Under the pieces are notes generated by a model. It ran no database searches. It was given only the letters and a program-made list of their open reading frames with translations, and had not been told where the DNA came from. Of a stretch of DNA of 64,000 nucleotides, positions 17,434-26,786 are shown piece by piece; the first letter of the stretch is position 1, and each line of letters opens with the position of its first letter. The stretch covers positions 9,475-73,474 of the forward strand of contig DATMBM010000007.1 of assembly GCA_035559235.1 (NCBI GenBank). The letters are read 5' to 3'. The DNA is from Minisyncoccota bacterium (GTDB lineage: Bacteria > Patescibacteriota > Minisyncoccia > Phycocordibacterales > UBA2100). A program made the position numbers and the translations under genes.

Positions 17434-17679
17434 ATGGCCCGCACAAAAGGCCATCGGCATCGATGGCAGTACAAAGGCGGGCTCGGTCGCTGGTACGTGT
17501 GCCGCGTCAAGTCCTGCCAAGTCATTGGAGATCGCTTCGCGCCGGGAGGACGTGGGCAGGTGACACCGCGCCGCTGCAACCATGCGGAATGCACAATGCC
17601 TGCGGTCCGACTCTTCGTCGGAGTCGGGACGTTCTGTCTCAGACACAGCAAGAAGTACCAAGGCGGTGATCCCTTCTGA
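17434..17679 (+). CDS. Small Cys-rich hypothetical protein (81 aa; two CX4C pairs)
   Basis: A strong SD (ACGGAGG) lies 6 nt upstream. GC3 is high. The stop is embedded in the hairpin ggtgatc...gatcacc. Confidence 0.5.
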   Translation: MARTKGHRHRWQYKGGLGRWYVCRVKSCQVIGDRFAPGGRGQVTPRRCNHAECTMPAVRLFVGVGTFCLRHSKKYQGGDPF

Positions 17680-17739
17680 TCACCGTCTTTGCCGTGGGAA
17701 GGTAGCGTGCATACGTGCTTCGTGGTATTTTTCGCCAGT

Positions 17740-19632
17740 ATGAAGACGTCGAACGAGATCCGCGCGACATACCTGAGGTTTTTCGAGGAACGCGGCCATG
17801 CGATCATCCCGTCCGCCTCGCTTGTCCCCGAAAACGACCCGACGACCCTTTTCACCGGCAGCGGCATGCAGCCGCTCTTGCCGTACCTTCTCGGCCAGCC
17901 GCACCCGAAAGGGAAGCGCATCGTCGATTCGCAGAAGTCCTTTCGCGCGGCCGACATCGAAGAGGTTGGCGACAATCGTCATACGACGTTTTTTGAAATG
18001 CTCGGTAACTGGTCGCTTGGCGACTATTTCAAACGGGAACAGTTGCCGTGGTTTTTCGAATTCCTCACGAAGGAAGTCGGGCTCGACCCGAATCGGTTGT
18101 ATGTCACGGTCTTCGACGGCGCGGAGGATATCGGCGTACCGCGCGACGAGGAATCAATCGCTATTTGGAAGAAACTATTCGGCGATGTTGGCATCGACGC
18201 TGAATTCGTGTCGATCGGAAGCGAAGCGAACGGGTACGTTACAGGGATGCACGGCGAGCGCATTTTTGGCTACGACGAAAAAAATTGGTGGTCGCGCGTC
18301 GGGGCGCCTAAGAACATGACTGAGGGCGAGCCGGGTGGACCGGACTCCGAAGTTTTTTACGACTTTGGCACGCCGCACGATCCGAAGTGGGGAAAGGAGT
18401 GCCATCCGAATTGCGATTGCGGGCGCTTTTTGGAAATCGGAAATTCGGTGTTCATGGAATACATCAAGAAGGACGGTGCATTCCAGAAACTGCCGCAACA
18501 GAACGTGGATTTCGGCGGCGGGCTGGAGCGTATCGTCGCGGCAGCGAAGGGCGACCCAGATGTGTTCACGATCGACACGCTCGGGGCGATCATTTCGGCG
18601 CTGGAAAAGGAAAGTGGCACGGCGTATGCGGAAAACAAAGCGGCATTCCGCGTCGTTGCCGATCACATGCGCGGCACGGTTTTCATGCTGACGGACGGAG
18701 TCCTGCCGTCGAATACCGACCGCGGGTACTTTTTGCGCCGTCTTATCCGCAGGGCGACGCGGTATGCCGATGTCATCAAGTATCCTGCGGGACAATTGTC
18801 GGGGCTTGCCCGCGTCGTCGCGGCGTCATATGGAGAGCATTATCCGGAAGTGCGAGAGCAATTGTCAGCGACAGAAAAAGCTATTGCTGATGAGGAAGCA
18901 AAATTCCGCGAAACGCTTTCGCGCGGCATGAAGGAGTTCGAAAAACTTCACACGGGAGACACGATCTCTGGTCGCGATGCGTACGTTTTATTTACAACGC
19001 ACGGATTTCCGCTCGAATTGACGCACGAGCTTGCGAAAGAACGTGGCGCGTCTGTCGATTTTGATGCTTTCAAAAAAGAAATGGATTTGCACCGCGATCT
19101 TTCGCGCGCAGGCGCCGAGCAAAAGTTTAAGGGCGGCTTGGCCGACCAGTCGGAAGCAACGGTGCGACTCCACACGACGCACCATCTTCTGCTGAAGGCA
19201 CTGCAAATGGTCCTTGGCGACCACATAAAACAACGTGGCTCAAATATTACCGGCGAGCGACTGCGCATCGACTTTTCGCACGGCGAAAAAATGACGGACG
19301 AACAGAAGCGCGAAGTCGAACGTATCGTGAATGAAAAGATTAAGGAACATTTGCCGATGATCCGGTCGATCATGAAGCGGGAAGAGGCGGAAAAATTGAA
19401 CGCGCAGCACGAATTCGGCGCGAAGTATCCCGATGTTGTCTCGGTCTATTCGTTGGGTCCGGCTGGTGCGACGGAAGACAACCCGCAATTCGACAAGGCG
19501 TTCTCGATCGAATTTTGCGGCGGCCCGCACGTCGCCAATACATCAGAAATCGAAAAGGCGGGCACGTTTAAAATTCAGAAGGAAGAAGCCGTGGCAGCGG
19601 GGATACGACGTATTAAGGCCGTCTTGCAATAA
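17740..19632 (+). CDS. alaS: Alanine--tRNA ligase (short form lacking the C-Ala domain)
   Basis: The class II catalytic core is present. The editing domain has HxxxH...CGGxH (HTTHHLL, CGGPHV). Only about 630 aa. Confidence 0.9.
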   Translation: MKTSNEIRATYLRFFEERGHAIIPSASLVPENDPTTLFTGSGMQPLLPYLLGQPHPKGKRIVDSQKSFRAADIEEVGDNRHTTFFEMLGNWSLGDYFKREQLPWFFEFLTKEVGLDPNRLYVTVFDGAEDIGVPRDEESIAIWKKLFGDVGIDAEFVSIGSEANGYVTGMHGERIFGYDEKNWWSRVGAPKNMTEGEPGGPDSEVFYDFGTPHDPKWGKECHPNCDCGRFLEIGNSVFMEYIKKDGAFQKLPQQNVDFGGGLERIVAAAKGDPDVFTIDTLGAIISALEKESGTAYAENKAAFRVVADHMRGTVFMLTDGVLPSNTDRGYFLRRLIRRATRYADVIKYPAGQLSGLARVVAASYGEHYPEVREQLSATEKAIADEEAKFRETLSRGMKEFEKLHTGDTISGRDAYVLFTTHGFPLELTHELAKERGASVDFDAFKKEMDLHRDLSRAGAEQKFKGGLADQSEATVRLHTTHHLLLKALQMVLGDHIKQRGSNITGERLRIDFSHGEKMTDEQKREVERIVNEKIKEHLPMIRSIMKREEAEKLNAQHEFGAKYPDVVSVYSLGPAGATEDNPQFDKAFSIEFCGGPHVANTSEIEKAGTFKIQKEEAVAAGIRRIKAVLQ

Positions 19633-19653
19633 TTTTTTGCTATACTAACCGCA

Positions 19654-20811
19654 ATGTTTTCGCTTGGCACCGCTAAGGGAAAGGTGGCGCTTATTGCTGA
19701 CATCGACGACATAAGCGTCGGTGTCGCGATCGTTGAACTCTCTGCAAGCGGTCCCGTAGCGCTTCTCACGAGCGATCGCGTGATGCTACCCATCGAGAAT
19801 CGCGACGCGAGGCAAAGCGTTGCGGGCATCGCCCAGGCTTTGGAGCAATGCGCAGACAAGGTCATAAAAGCGTATATCGGCAACGGTGCGAAACGCCCGG
19901 CACCTGAAGCCGTGCATATTATCCTGCGTACGCCGTGGACCCGCTTTCGCACCGCGCAAGCGGAAAAAACCTTTCCTGAATCACGTGCAACGACCAAGGA
20001 CATGATCGCCGACCTGGCGAAAAAGGCAGTAGGCACCATAACCGACCTCGATACAGGGAACATCCTTGAAGCAGGCGTTATGCAGGTATTCCTGAACGGC
20101 TATCCGACCGGCAATCCACTGGGGAAGCGCGCGCAGTCAATCGCCGTCACCGCGTTCGAAAGTGATGTCAATCCCGAGATCAAGCGCGCGGCAATCAACG
20201 TTCTCGGGAAGCTGCTTCCTGGACGCACACCGACCGTTCGCTCAGGCATGCGCGCCCTCCTTGCGGTCCTCCACGAACTCATTCCCGACGTGCACCGCTA
20301 CTGCCTTCTCGACGTCGGCGGGACTGCAACAAGTTGCGCCATTGTGCGCAAGGAATCGGTGACGCAACACGACGAGGCGCCCGAGGGTTTCGGAACCATC
20401 ATCAAAAAAGTTTCCGGCGCAGGGCTGCCCGAGGAGACGCTAACGCAGCTGCGCATGCTCGCGGCCGACACGTGTTCGACGGATGCCTGTCGCGCGATCA
20501 AAGACGCGCTTGGCCGCGCTGAGCCTGAGCTTGCGAAAACATACGGTGAGATGTTCGCGAAGCTTGCGCAGCGACGGCGGCTGCCGAACCACGCGATCCT
20601 TTCGGCGCCGGGCGAGCTTCTACCCTGGCTGCAAAATTTCTTTGAGCGTATCGACTTTGCTCAATTTACCGCGACGACGCAACCGTTTGAGGTGGAAGCC
20701 CTCACACCGGAGCATTTGCAGGAGAAGGTCGTTTGGAAAACGGGCGCACGGCACGATGTGGGCCTCGTGGTCGCCGCGGGTTGTGTTACTATTCTTGAAC
20801 AATCCGCATAA
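19654..20811 (+). CDS. Actin-like (ASKHA) ATPase family protein, possibly PilM/FtsA-like
   Basis: N-terminal ALIADIDDISVGVA (a degenerate phosphate-1 motif) and C-terminal LLDVGGTATSCAIV (phosphate-2/adenosine) are present. About 385 aa. Confidence 0.5.
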   Translation: MFSLGTAKGKVALIADIDDISVGVAIVELSASGPVALLTSDRVMLPIENRDARQSVAGIAQALEQCADKVIKAYIGNGAKRPAPEAVHIILRTPWTRFRTAQAEKTFPESRATTKDMIADLAKKAVGTITDLDTGNILEAGVMQVFLNGYPTGNPLGKRAQSIAVTAFESDVNPEIKRAAINVLGKLLPGRTPTVRSGMRALLAVLHELIPDVHRYCLLDVGGTATSCAIVRKESVTQHDEAPEGFGTIIKKVSGAGLPEETLTQLRMLAADTCSTDACRAIKDALGRAEPELAKTYGEMFAKLAQRRRLPNHAILSAPGELLPWLQNFFERIDFAQFTATTQPFEVEALTPEHLQEKVVWKTGARHDVGLVVAAGCVTILEQSA

Positions 20812-20831
20812 GCGTACTACAGTGAGCGATT

Positions 20832-22202
20832 ATGGCGCGCCATTACATTCAAGACATTATGCCCGCGGGCGATGAGCCGGAGGAAGTGCGTGGCCGTCGG
20901 AAAACGCCTGAACGGAAACCCGAACCGGAACCTGAGCCGGAGCCGGTTCCGCGGTCAATTCGCGACATCCGCCCATCCGCCGAGCGCTCGCGGCTTGTCC
21001 GCCCGCCCGAGCCGCGAATGGAACATCCACTGCCGCATGTGCCGCAAAAAAGAAGCAGGGCGCGCTACGGCATCTGGGCGGCGGCAATCGCGGCGCTTGT
21101 CGTCGTGCTCGGCGCTGGATTGCTGTTTGCATTTGCCTCAACCTCGATCACCGTTATTCCATACTCACAGACAGTGACTTTCGATGCATCGACGCCGTTT
21201 ACCGCCTATCCGGAAGCGAGTGCTGCGCCCGGAACGATACCGTATACCGTAATGACGCAGGTGTTCGAAGACTCGGCAGTTGTCCAAGCGAGCGGAACTG
21301 AGAACGTGGAAGAACAGGCAACGGGGAACATCGTCATCTATAACGACTATTCAGAAGAACCCGTACGGCTGATAAAGAACACGAGATTCCAAACGCCTGA
21401 GGGCCTTATTTTCCGCATCCCCGCGTCGGTGGACGTACCGGGCAAGACCGCGGAGGGCCCCGGATCGATCGAAGTAACGGTCTTTGCTGACCAAGCAGGA
21501 CCCGATTACAACGTCGGACCGTTTGAGCGGATTACCGTGCCGGGCCTTCGTTCGACAAAGGAGATGTATGAGAACGTCTACGCGAAATCAACAACTGCGT
21601 TTAGCGGCGGTTTTTCCGGAGCGCGGCCCGTTGTCCCAGAAGCGATACTGGACGCATCAAAGGCTGAAGTGCGTAATCGTCTGAATGAGAAGGCACAAGA
21701 ATTCGTGCGGACTGCTTCAGAAACCGCGTTTGCCGGTCTTATGGTCGTCAATTACGAAACCTTGCCGCCGACACAAGAAAGCGGCGGCAACGTACGTATC
21801 AACGAACGCGCGACTGTTTATTTGCCGGTGTTTCCGACCAGCGCGCTCGCGCAATCAATCGGCCAAACAGTCAGTGCGAGCGCCGAAGGGCAGTCGATCT
21901 CCATACGATTCGCGTCAGACGTGACGGCGGAACCGGCACAGGCGTTCTCGTCCGCCGATCTTGGCCAACAGCCAATCGTGTTTACGATCAGCGGTCGCGG
22001 ACAGCTGGTCTGGGACGTGGATTCGGCGGCACTCGCCGAGGCGCTTGCTGGACGCGAAGAGGCAGCCTTCCAAACCATCATCGGTAGCTTCCCCTCGATT
22101 GAGGAAGCGCGGGCGCGCATCGTGCCGTTTTGGAAAAACACCTTTCCGGAAGACCCAAGCGACATTTCCATAGCCGTCGAAGAGCCCTCAACCCCGTTTT
22201 AG
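20832..22202 (+). CDS. Bitopic membrane protein (Pro/Glu-rich cytoplasmic N-terminus, 1 TM, about 350-aa extracytoplasmic domain); possible PilN-like partner
   Basis: EPEPEPEP repeat, a single TM (YGIWAAAIAALVVVLGAGLLFAF), and an N-terminal YIQDIMP that resembles the PilN INLLP motif. Immediately downstream of the ASKHA ATPase. Confidence 0.5.
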   Translation: MARHYIQDIMPAGDEPEEVRGRRKTPERKPEPEPEPEPVPRSIRDIRPSAERSRLVRPPEPRMEHPLPHVPQKRSRARYGIWAAAIAALVVVLGAGLLFAFASTSITVIPYSQTVTFDASTPFTAYPEASAAPGTIPYTVMTQVFEDSAVVQASGTENVEEQATGNIVIYNDYSEEPVRLIKNTRFQTPEGLIFRIPASVDVPGKTAEGPGSIEVTVFADQAGPDYNVGPFERITVPGLRSTKEMYENVYAKSTTAFSGGFSGARPVVPEAILDASKAEVRNRLNEKAQEFVRTASETAFAGLMVVNYETLPPTQESGGNVRINERATVYLPVFPTSALAQSIGQTVSASAEGQSISIRFASDVTAEPAQAFSSADLGQQPIVFTISGRGQLVWDVDSAALAEALAGREEAAFQTIIGSFPSIEEARARIVPFWKNTFPEDPSDISIAVEEPSTPF

Positions 22203-22211
22203 GCTCTAAAT

Positions 22212-22240
22212 TTGACTCTTTTTACGGTATTTGTTATTCT
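22212..22240 (+). promoter_or_regulatory. Sigma70-like promoter (TTGACT-17-TATTCT) for the infA-rpmJ-rpsM... operon
   Basis: Hexamers with 17-nt spacing, about 14 nt upstream of the infA ATG. Confidence 0.45.
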
Positions 22241-22254
22241 ATCTCCGCGCAGAT

Positions 22255-22461
22255 ATGGCTGAACCCGAAATCGTGGAAGGAGTGGTCGAGGAGGCCCTCC
22301 CGAACACGCTGTTTCGAGTCAAACTTTCAAACGGCGAGAAGACGCTTGCGTACCTCGCTGGAAAGATGCGTTTGCACCGGATTCGAGTTTTGGTCGGCGA
22401 TAAAGTTGCTGTTCAGCTCGATCCGTATGGCGGACGCGCTCGGATCACACGACGGTTTTAG
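22255..22461 (+). CDS. infA: Translation initiation factor IF-1
   Basis: The S1-like OB fold is present ([31 protein letters not shown]). Confidence 0.9.
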   Translation: MAEPEIVEGVVEEALPNTLFRVKLSNGEKTLAYLAGKMRLHRIRVLVGDKVAVQLDPYGGRARITRRF

Positions 22462-22481
22462 CTACGATCTGCATTTATCAC

Positions 22482-22595
22482 ATGAAGGTCAAGGCTTCCG
22501 TCAAAAAAATCTGCTTGAAATGTCGGCATGTGCGCCGGAGGGGTCGATTGTGGGTGATTTGCGAAAATCCGCGCCATAAGCAACGCCAAGGATAA
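22482..22595 (+). CDS. rpmJ: 50S ribosomal protein L36
   Basis: Manual translation gives [37 protein letters not shown] (37 aa; zinc-ribbon C..C..C..H). It was absent from the ORF track because it is under 60 aa. Confidence 0.85.
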   Translation: MKVKASVKKICLKCRHVRRRGRLWVICENPRHKQRQG

Positions 22596-22596
22596 T

Positions 22597-22980
22597 ATGT
22601 TACGCATCGCAGGCATTACCATTCCAGAAAAAAAGCGGCTCGAAATCGGGCTGACTGCCATTTATGGCGTCGGCCGTCCGCGCGCTCTTAAGACGCTGAA
22701 GGCGCTTGGCATCGATCCGGGGGCGCAACCAGAAAGCCTTTCTGCAAAGCAACAATCGGCGCTTCGCGAGGCCATCGAGAAGAATATCGTGGAAGGAGAG
22801 CTTCGCCGTTTTATTTCAGGCAACATTCGTCGGCTCAAGGACATCAAGTCGCATCGCGGCACGCGGCACATGAAAAAGCTGCCGGTGCGCGGGCAAACGA
22901 CAAAAACGAATTCCCGGACGGTCCGCGGCAACGTTCGCAAGACGATGACCAGCGGTCGCCGCAAGCTTGAAAAGACATAA
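22597..22980 (+). CDS. rpsM: 30S ribosomal protein S13
   Basis: MLRIAGITIPEKKRLEIGLTAIYGVG is canonical S13. Confidence 0.95.
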   Translation: MLRIAGITIPEKKRLEIGLTAIYGVGRPRALKTLKALGIDPGAQPESLSAKQQSALREAIEKNIVEGELRRFISGNIRRLKDIKSHRGTRHMKKLPVRGQTTKTNSRTVRGNVRKTMTSGRRKLEKT

Positions 22981-22989
22981 ACCGACACT

Positions 22990-23424
22990 ATGGGAAAGAA
23001 ACGAATCATTCGTAAGATAGGAGAGACCGTCGACCAAGGGCTGAAGTCGCGCTCGCTTGCGCGCACGGCAAAGCGCACGCTCGCATCCGGCACGCTGCAC
23101 ATCCAGGCGACGTACAACAACACGAAGGTTCTTCTCGCCGACAAGGACGGCAACGCTGTCGCGTGGTCGTCGTCGGGCAGTCTCGGCTTTGCGGGTGCCA
23201 AAAAGGGCACGCCGTTTGCGGCCGCGAAAGTGGGCGAACTTATCGGTGAAAAAGGCGCCATGATGGGACTCAAGGATGTAAACGTCGTTATCCGCGGCGT
23301 CGGCGCAGGCAGGGAATCAGCGCTGCGCGGCTTTGCGAGCAAGGGTATTGAAATTACCCGCATTTCCGACGACACGCCGGTGCCGCACAACGGACCTCGA
23401 CCGCCGAAACCACGCCGCATTTAA
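22990..23424 (+). CDS. rpsK: 30S ribosomal protein S11
   Basis: HIQATYNNTKVLLADKDGNAVAWSSSG is canonical S11. Confidence 0.95.
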   Translation: MGKKRIIRKIGETVDQGLKSRSLARTAKRTLASGTLHIQATYNNTKVLLADKDGNAVAWSSSGSLGFAGAKKGTPFAAAKVGELIGEKGAMMGLKDVNVVIRGVGAGRESALRGFASKGIEITRISDDTPVPHNGPRPPKPRRI

Positions 23425-23427
23425 TCT

Positions 23428-24036
23428 ATGTTGAGAATCAAATCAAAATACAAGATCGCTAAGCGTCTCGGAAGCCAGATTTTCGAGCAGACGCAAACGC
23501 AAAAATTCGCGCTTTCGGAAGCGCGATCGAAAAAAACGCATTCTGGCGGACGAAGCAAATCCGACTATGGCCGTCAACTTATGGAAAAACAGAAAGTGCG
23601 CTTTACGTACGGCATTTCCGAAAAGCAGCTCGCGAATTACGCGGCGGCGGCGACCAAGGAAAAGAATCCGCCGGAATCCCTCCACCAATCGCTCGAGATG
23701 CGCCTCGATAGCGCCGCGTACCGCGCCGGCTTCGCATTGACGCGCCGTGCCGCCCGGCAACTCGTGAGCCACGGGCACCTCCTCGTCAATAGCAAGCGGA
23801 TTACGACGCCGTCATATCGCCTGAAGAAAGGAGATACGATCACCGTTCGCGAAGGATCGCGCGCGTCGGTCCTGTTTGCGCACATGGGCAATCCTGAAGC
23901 GTCCGCGCGCACTATCCCCACATGGCTCTCTGTTGACCTTCCGACGATGGTTGCGAAGGTTGAGGGAGAGCCGGGCTATTCGCCAGCGGAAATCCCGCTC
24001 GATTATCCGGCGGTATTTGAATTTTACTCGAGATAG
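23428..24036 (+). CDS. rpsD: 30S ribosomal protein S4
   Basis: S4 N-domain plus the S4 RNA-binding domain (LDSAAYRAGFALTRRAARQLVSHGHLLVN). Confidence 0.95.
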   Translation: MLRIKSKYKIAKRLGSQIFEQTQTQKFALSEARSKKTHSGGRSKSDYGRQLMEKQKVRFTYGISEKQLANYAAAATKEKNPPESLHQSLEMRLDSAAYRAGFALTRRAARQLVSHGHLLVNSKRITTPSYRLKKGDTITVREGSRASVLFAHMGNPEASARTIPTWLSVDLPTMVAKVEGEPGYSPAEIPLDYPAVFEFYSR

Positions 24037-24083
24037 TGGTATACTATTTATAAGCGCTTTATAAGGTCGCGCCCCTTTTTAAT

Positions 24084-25052
24084 ATGCTTGATTACCATAT
24101 TGCCTTGCCCAGCAAACCCCGCGTCGTCTCCGAATCGGAGCGCAGCGGTGTTTACGAAATTGACGGCCTCTATCCGGGCTACGGATACACGCTCGGAAAT
24201 TCTCTTCGTCGCATCATACTTTCCTCGCTTCCGGGCGCGGCGGTGACGTCGGTAAAGATCTCGGGCGTTGCGCACGAATTTTCGACGCTCGAAGGCGTGA
24301 AGGAGGATGTCGTGACGCTTCTGCTCAACGTGCGCAAGATGCGCCTCAAGCTGTCGACGGACGAACCGCAGACATTGACCCTTTCCATCAAAGGTCCGAA
24401 AACGGTCACCGCAGAAGACTTCAAGCTTCCCGGCCAGGTGGAGATCCTGAATCCCGAGCAGTATATCGCCGAAGTGACCGGCAAGGTCACGTTGGAAATG
24501 GAGGTCCGCGCGGAGCGCGGGCTTGGATATGTCCCGAAGGAAGTGCACCAAAAAGAGCGCGTGGACATCGGCACGATCGCGCTCGACGCGATCTTCAGCC
24601 CGATCCGCCGCGTCAACTACGAAGTGGAAAACATGCGCGTCGGCGATCGGACCGATTTCAACCGGCTTCGCATAATCATCGAAACGGACGGAACCATCAC
24701 CGCGCGCGAAGCGCTTGAGAAGTCGATCGAGACGATGATCCATCAGCTTCGTGCAATTGTCGGCTTCAAGGAAGAAGAGGCGGCGGTGAAACCGGAAGCC
24801 GAAGAAGATACGGGAAAGCTTCGCAAGGAGGACAAAATGGCTGATGCGGAAATGCTCAAGACCCGCATCACTGAATTGAGCCTTCCGCAGCGCGTGGAAC
24901 AAGCGCTCGACAATGCGTCCATTCGAACCGTCGGCGGCTTGGTGCGCAAGCGCGAGGACGACTTGCTCGCGATCGAAGGCTTGGGCCAGAAAGGATTGCA
25001 GGACATCAAGCGTGCGCTTTCAAACCTTGGACTTACGCTGCGTTCGCAGTAA
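24084..25052 (+). CDS. rpoA: DNA-directed RNA polymerase subunit alpha
   Basis: The N-terminal dimerisation domain (GYGYTLGNSLRRILLSS) and the C-terminal alpha-CTD are present. Confidence 0.95.
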   Translation: MLDYHIALPSKPRVVSESERSGVYEIDGLYPGYGYTLGNSLRRIILSSLPGAAVTSVKISGVAHEFSTLEGVKEDVVTLLLNVRKMRLKLSTDEPQTLTLSIKGPKTVTAEDFKLPGQVEILNPEQYIAEVTGKVTLEMEVRAERGLGYVPKEVHQKERVDIGTIALDAIFSPIRRVNYEVENMRVGDRTDFNRLRIIIETDGTITAREALEKSIETMIHQLRAIVGFKEEEAAVKPEAEEDTGKLRKEDKMADAEMLKTRITELSLPQRVEQALDNASIRTVGGLVRKREDDLLAIEGLGQKGLQDIKRALSNLGLTLRSQ

Positions 25053-25064
25053 GATATCGCGACT

Positions 25065-25418
25065 ATGAAGCACGGGAAGAAGCGCCGCACACTGAATAGA
25101 ACGAAGCGACAGCGCGTTGCGCTGTTGCGCGGTTTGGCGCGTTCCCTCGTGCTCCACGACGGCATCACTACGACCGCGGCGAAGGCAAAGGAACTTCGTC
25201 CGTTTGTCGAAGAGTTGGTGACCGCAAGCAAGGCAAATACAGTTGCCTCGCGTCGGCTTGTCACTGCGCGTCTCAACGACAAAGACGCCGTCAAGAAATT
25301 GCACGACGAATTCGCGAAGCGCTACGTCTCCCGCAGCGGCGGCTATACGCGCATCGTGAAATTGGGCCGCGTCGGGAAACGCGTCGCTGAAATGGCCCGC
25401 ATTGAATTCGTCGCATAA
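25065..25418 (+). CDS. rplQ: 50S ribosomal protein L17
   Basis: MKHGKKRRTLNRTKRQRVALLRGLA is canonical L17. Confidence 0.95.
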   Translation: MKHGKKRRTLNRTKRQRVALLRGLARSLVLHDGITTTAAKAKELRPFVEELVTASKANTVASRRLVTARLNDKDAVKKLHDEFAKRYVSRSGGYTRIVKLGRVGKRVAEMARIEFVA

Positions 25419-25426
25419 TTACGCAT

Positions 25427-25789
25427 ATGACACAGGCACCGGCAAAAAAATACGATATCGACGCATCTGGCAAGACCATCGGCCGCGTCGCCGCGGAAGC
25501 GGCGCGCGCGCTTATGGGCAAGGCGCACGCCGATTATACGCCGCACATCCCGTCGATCGTCGTGGTGACGGTCTCGAATGCGGGGAAAATTCGCGTCACT
25601 GAAAAAAAGCGGCTGCAGAAAACCTATACCGACTACTCGGGGCATCCGGGTGGTCTGAAAGTGGAATCACTCTCATCCTTGATCGGCCGGCGCGGAAAGA
25701 GCGCCGCGGTGCGACGCGCGATTGAGCGCATGCTCCCGCGAAACAAGCTCCGCCCGGGCCGTTTGAAGCGACTGACCATCACCGAATAA
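25427..25789 (+). CDS. rplM: 50S ribosomal protein L13
   Basis: IDASGKTIGRVAAEAARALMGK is canonical L13. Confidence 0.95.
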   Translation: MTQAPAKKYDIDASGKTIGRVAAEAARALMGKAHADYTPHIPSIVVVTVSNAGKIRVTEKKRLQKTYTDYSGHPGGLKVESLSSLIGRRGKSAAVRRAIERMLPRNKLRPGRLKRLTITE

Positions 25790-25793
25790 GCAT

Positions 25794-26186
25794 ATGGCGA
25801 CCAAAGAATATATCGAGGCAGTGGGACGGAGGAAGACCGCATCGGCACGCGTTCGACTCATGAGAGCAAAATCGAATTCGATCACCGTGAATAACAAAAA
25901 CGCGGCAGAGTATTTTCCGCTTTCCCTTATGGTTGATACCGCCATGGCGCCTTTGAAGATCGTTGGCGGCACGTACGCTGTTACGGCAATCGTAAAAGGC
26001 GGCGGCCACAAGGCGCAGGCGGAAGCCGTGCGCCACGGTATCGCGCGCGCCCTGACCGAACTCGAAGCATCGTTCCGCAAGGACTTGAAAGTTAAAGGCT
26101 ACCTGAAGCGGGACCCGCGCGCGAAGGAACGCAAGAAATTTGGCCTCAAGGCCGCACGACGCTCACCGCAGTGGTCGAAGCGCTAA
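25794..26186 (+). CDS. rpsI: 30S ribosomal protein S9
   Basis: GRRKTASARV...GGGHKAQAEAVRHGIARAL is canonical S9. Confidence 0.95.
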   Translation: MATKEYIEAVGRRKTASARVRLMRAKSNSITVNNKNAAEYFPLSLMVDTAMAPLKIVGGTYAVTAIVKGGGHKAQAEAVRHGIARALTELEASFRKDLKVKGYLKRDPRAKERKKFGLKAARRSPQWSKR

Positions 26187-26188
26187 AC

Positions 26189-26219
26189 AAAAAATCCCCG
26201 AAAGGGGATTTTTTGTTTT
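26189..26219 (+). terminator. Rho-independent terminator of the ribosomal operon
   Basis: The sequence aaaAATCCCCgaaaGGGGATTttttgtttt has a perfect stem, a GAAA loop and a U-run. Confidence 0.85.
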
Positions 26220-26246
26220 AGTGTCGATTTGGTATACTCCGCGCGT

Positions 26247-26786
26247 ATGATTTCTCAGCCGGACGAACGCGAAGACGTTGACTTCGAACCCGAAGACGAG
26301 CTTGGTAGCGCTGGCGCAGCGCAAGCGAAAATAGCCAAACTTCGCGAAGAGCTTCGAGAAGCGCAGGCGAAGGCGGCAGAATATCTCGATGGTTGGCAGC
26401 GCTGCAAAGCCGATATGGTGAACGCGAAAAAGGAAATGAGCGAGACTTTGTCGCAGGCAACCGGGCGCGGGAAGGAAATACTCGTCGAGGAATTGATCCC
26501 CGCGCTCGATGGATTTGATGCTGCGATGCAAGGGCCGGCATGGAAAAGCGTCGACGCAGCGTGGCGAAGCGGGATCGAGAGCATCAAGTCGCACATTGAG
26601 GGCGTGCTGAAGGCGCACGGAGTTGAAATTTACGGCGCAGAAGGAGAAACATTCGATCCCATGCTTCACGAGCCTATTCAAGAGGCCGAAGGCGGCACGC
26701 CGAACACGGTTGCACGGGTCCTACGCCGCGGATACCGGAGCAATGGGCGCGTACTGCGGCCCGCACAGGTCGTTTTGTATCAATAG
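26247..26786 (+). CDS. grpE: Nucleotide exchange factor GrpE
   Basis: A coiled-coil N-terminus and a GrpE C-terminal beta domain. TATACT lies 7 nt upstream of the ATG. Confidence 0.9.
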   Translation: MISQPDEREDVDFEPEDELGSAGAAQAKIAKLREELREAQAKAAEYLDGWQRCKADMVNAKKEMSETLSQATGRGKEILVEELIPALDGFDAAMQGPAWKSVDAAWRSGIESIKSHIEGVLKAHGVEIYGAEGETFDPMLHEPIQEAEGGTPNTVARVLRRGYRSNGRVLRPAQVVLYQ

